From Marsupella aquatica (lineage: Eukaryota > Plantae > Marchantiophyta), in NCBI GenBank assembly GCA_973895155.1, contig OZ316892.1, positions 4,033,223-4,097,222 of the forward strand: DNA of 64,000 bases, in the 5' to 3' direction. How positions within the stretch are numbered: the first letter of the stretch is position 1; every line of letters begins with the position of its first letter. The notes under the pieces were generated by a model. It was not told the DNA's origin, did no database searches, and was given only the letters and a program-made list of their open reading frames with translations. This document shows positions 62,717-64,000 of the stretch, one piece after another. The position numbers were made by a program, and so were the translations under genes.

Positions 62717-64000
62717 CACAACGAGACGTGGGTGCATCAACAGGCACTCAGAGAACGAGCTTGATTAGTTCAGTTGGCCAGGGAATGAGTATGACAAGAG
62801 TGTGGGGCACTTGTGACTTTCATCACCAAAGCAAAGGGACATTTCTTGTTCTAGAGAGGGACTCCAGACCAGACCAAAGATCTTTCGAAATGATTGTGAA
62901 CGTCATGAATGCAAAAGCCAAAGTCTGCAAACGTTTGTATTTAATAAATGCAATTCCCTTGAGTGAAGGACCAAAGTTTGCAAATGTGTTTGACTTTAGA
63001 CCATCTTCAAACTTTACAAGACTTTGGGTAACTCCTTGTTCTAAAGATACTTAATGGACCTCCAAATGAAACTTCTTTACTTAACCCACCAGAACGTGCA
63101 TATTTTTGCCCAGTGGACTCCGGGCCACCACAGGTACCATTTCATGTCAGATGTTCTTCTAATAAAATGTGCAGTCCTTAAAGTGCAAGAATGTCACTAT
63201 CAAAATGCAGCACGTTCTACTGTTCTTTGGTGTCCAAAGGCGTTGCCAAATGCAATTGACTACGACCGTAGTGTCGAATGAGCCAATGAATTGACATTGT
63301 GCATACACAGACTGCAGTGTCAAATGAACCATTTGTCGTGTGACCGTAACATGACATCGGGGGCACGACACATAGCATCGCAGTTAGATCTTGTATACAT
63401 TGACAATAATGTATAAACAGATCACAGTGTCAAATGAACCGGGCGTCGTGCAACCACAATACAATACAGAGCACCGTAGTTAGATTTTGTACACATAGAC
63501 ATCAATGCATACAAAATGTATTATATATGTTAGAGGACTTAGGGTTCAGGGTAACCAGAGAACACACGAGTAAAATCAAAATTGATATCTTGATTTGTTT
63601 TCTAAGTGTGAACTATGCATACAATGTGCATTGTGTATACATCACAGTCTTACTTCTATGTTGAATATGGTATGGTTTTGTTCATTTGGGCAAGTTTTGA
63701 CATCGTGTATACATCACAATCTTACTTCTATGTTGAAAATGCCATGGTTTTGAATTACTATGAACATTGTATACATTGTGCACCCTTGCATGCATGGTTG
63801 TTGTATCTGGAATACTAGAGCCACAATGTATTCTAAAAATCTGAGAGGCCGGCCCAAAGCACGACGCCGTAGGTGTGCTTCGATGCTGCCGTAAGGTCCT
63901 TAATGTATTTGTACTTATAATACAATAACCATATTGTATTCAACCAAACTAGGAAGCCCCTGCTTCATTGCCCAAGGGCTACGGCACTTGCATGATCTAT

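Overview
Eukaryotic, intron-rich land-plant genomic DNA; the gene families and architecture suggest a non-seed plant such as a liverwort (inference). There are no CRISPR arrays or rRNA genes. Intact genes: an alpha/beta-hydrolase-ARM-repeat fusion running off the left edge, intronless PNGase A, an 11-exon phosphoglycolate phosphatase-like HAD gene, a 2-exon orphan, a 3-exon NFD4/nodulin-like MFS transporter, and a 13-exon PCI-domain THP1/EER5 gene. The ~29-57 kb interval is an accessory block rich in TEs and pseudogenes (TPR-SET, UGT), and an LRR relic lies near the left end. The most notable structures are four. (1) A 690-bp palindromic copia-LTR element with the same LTR end facing outward on both sides and a 5-bp TSD. 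(2) A ~96-bp tandem array of tRNA-cloverleaf units with variable anticodon arms and a conserved hairpin linker. (3) A 4.3-kb TG..CA element with a TSD carrying a decayed ~580-codon non-gag/pol ORF. (4) The hydrolase-ARM fusion next to LRR debris. Exon boundaries and alignments were read by eye.
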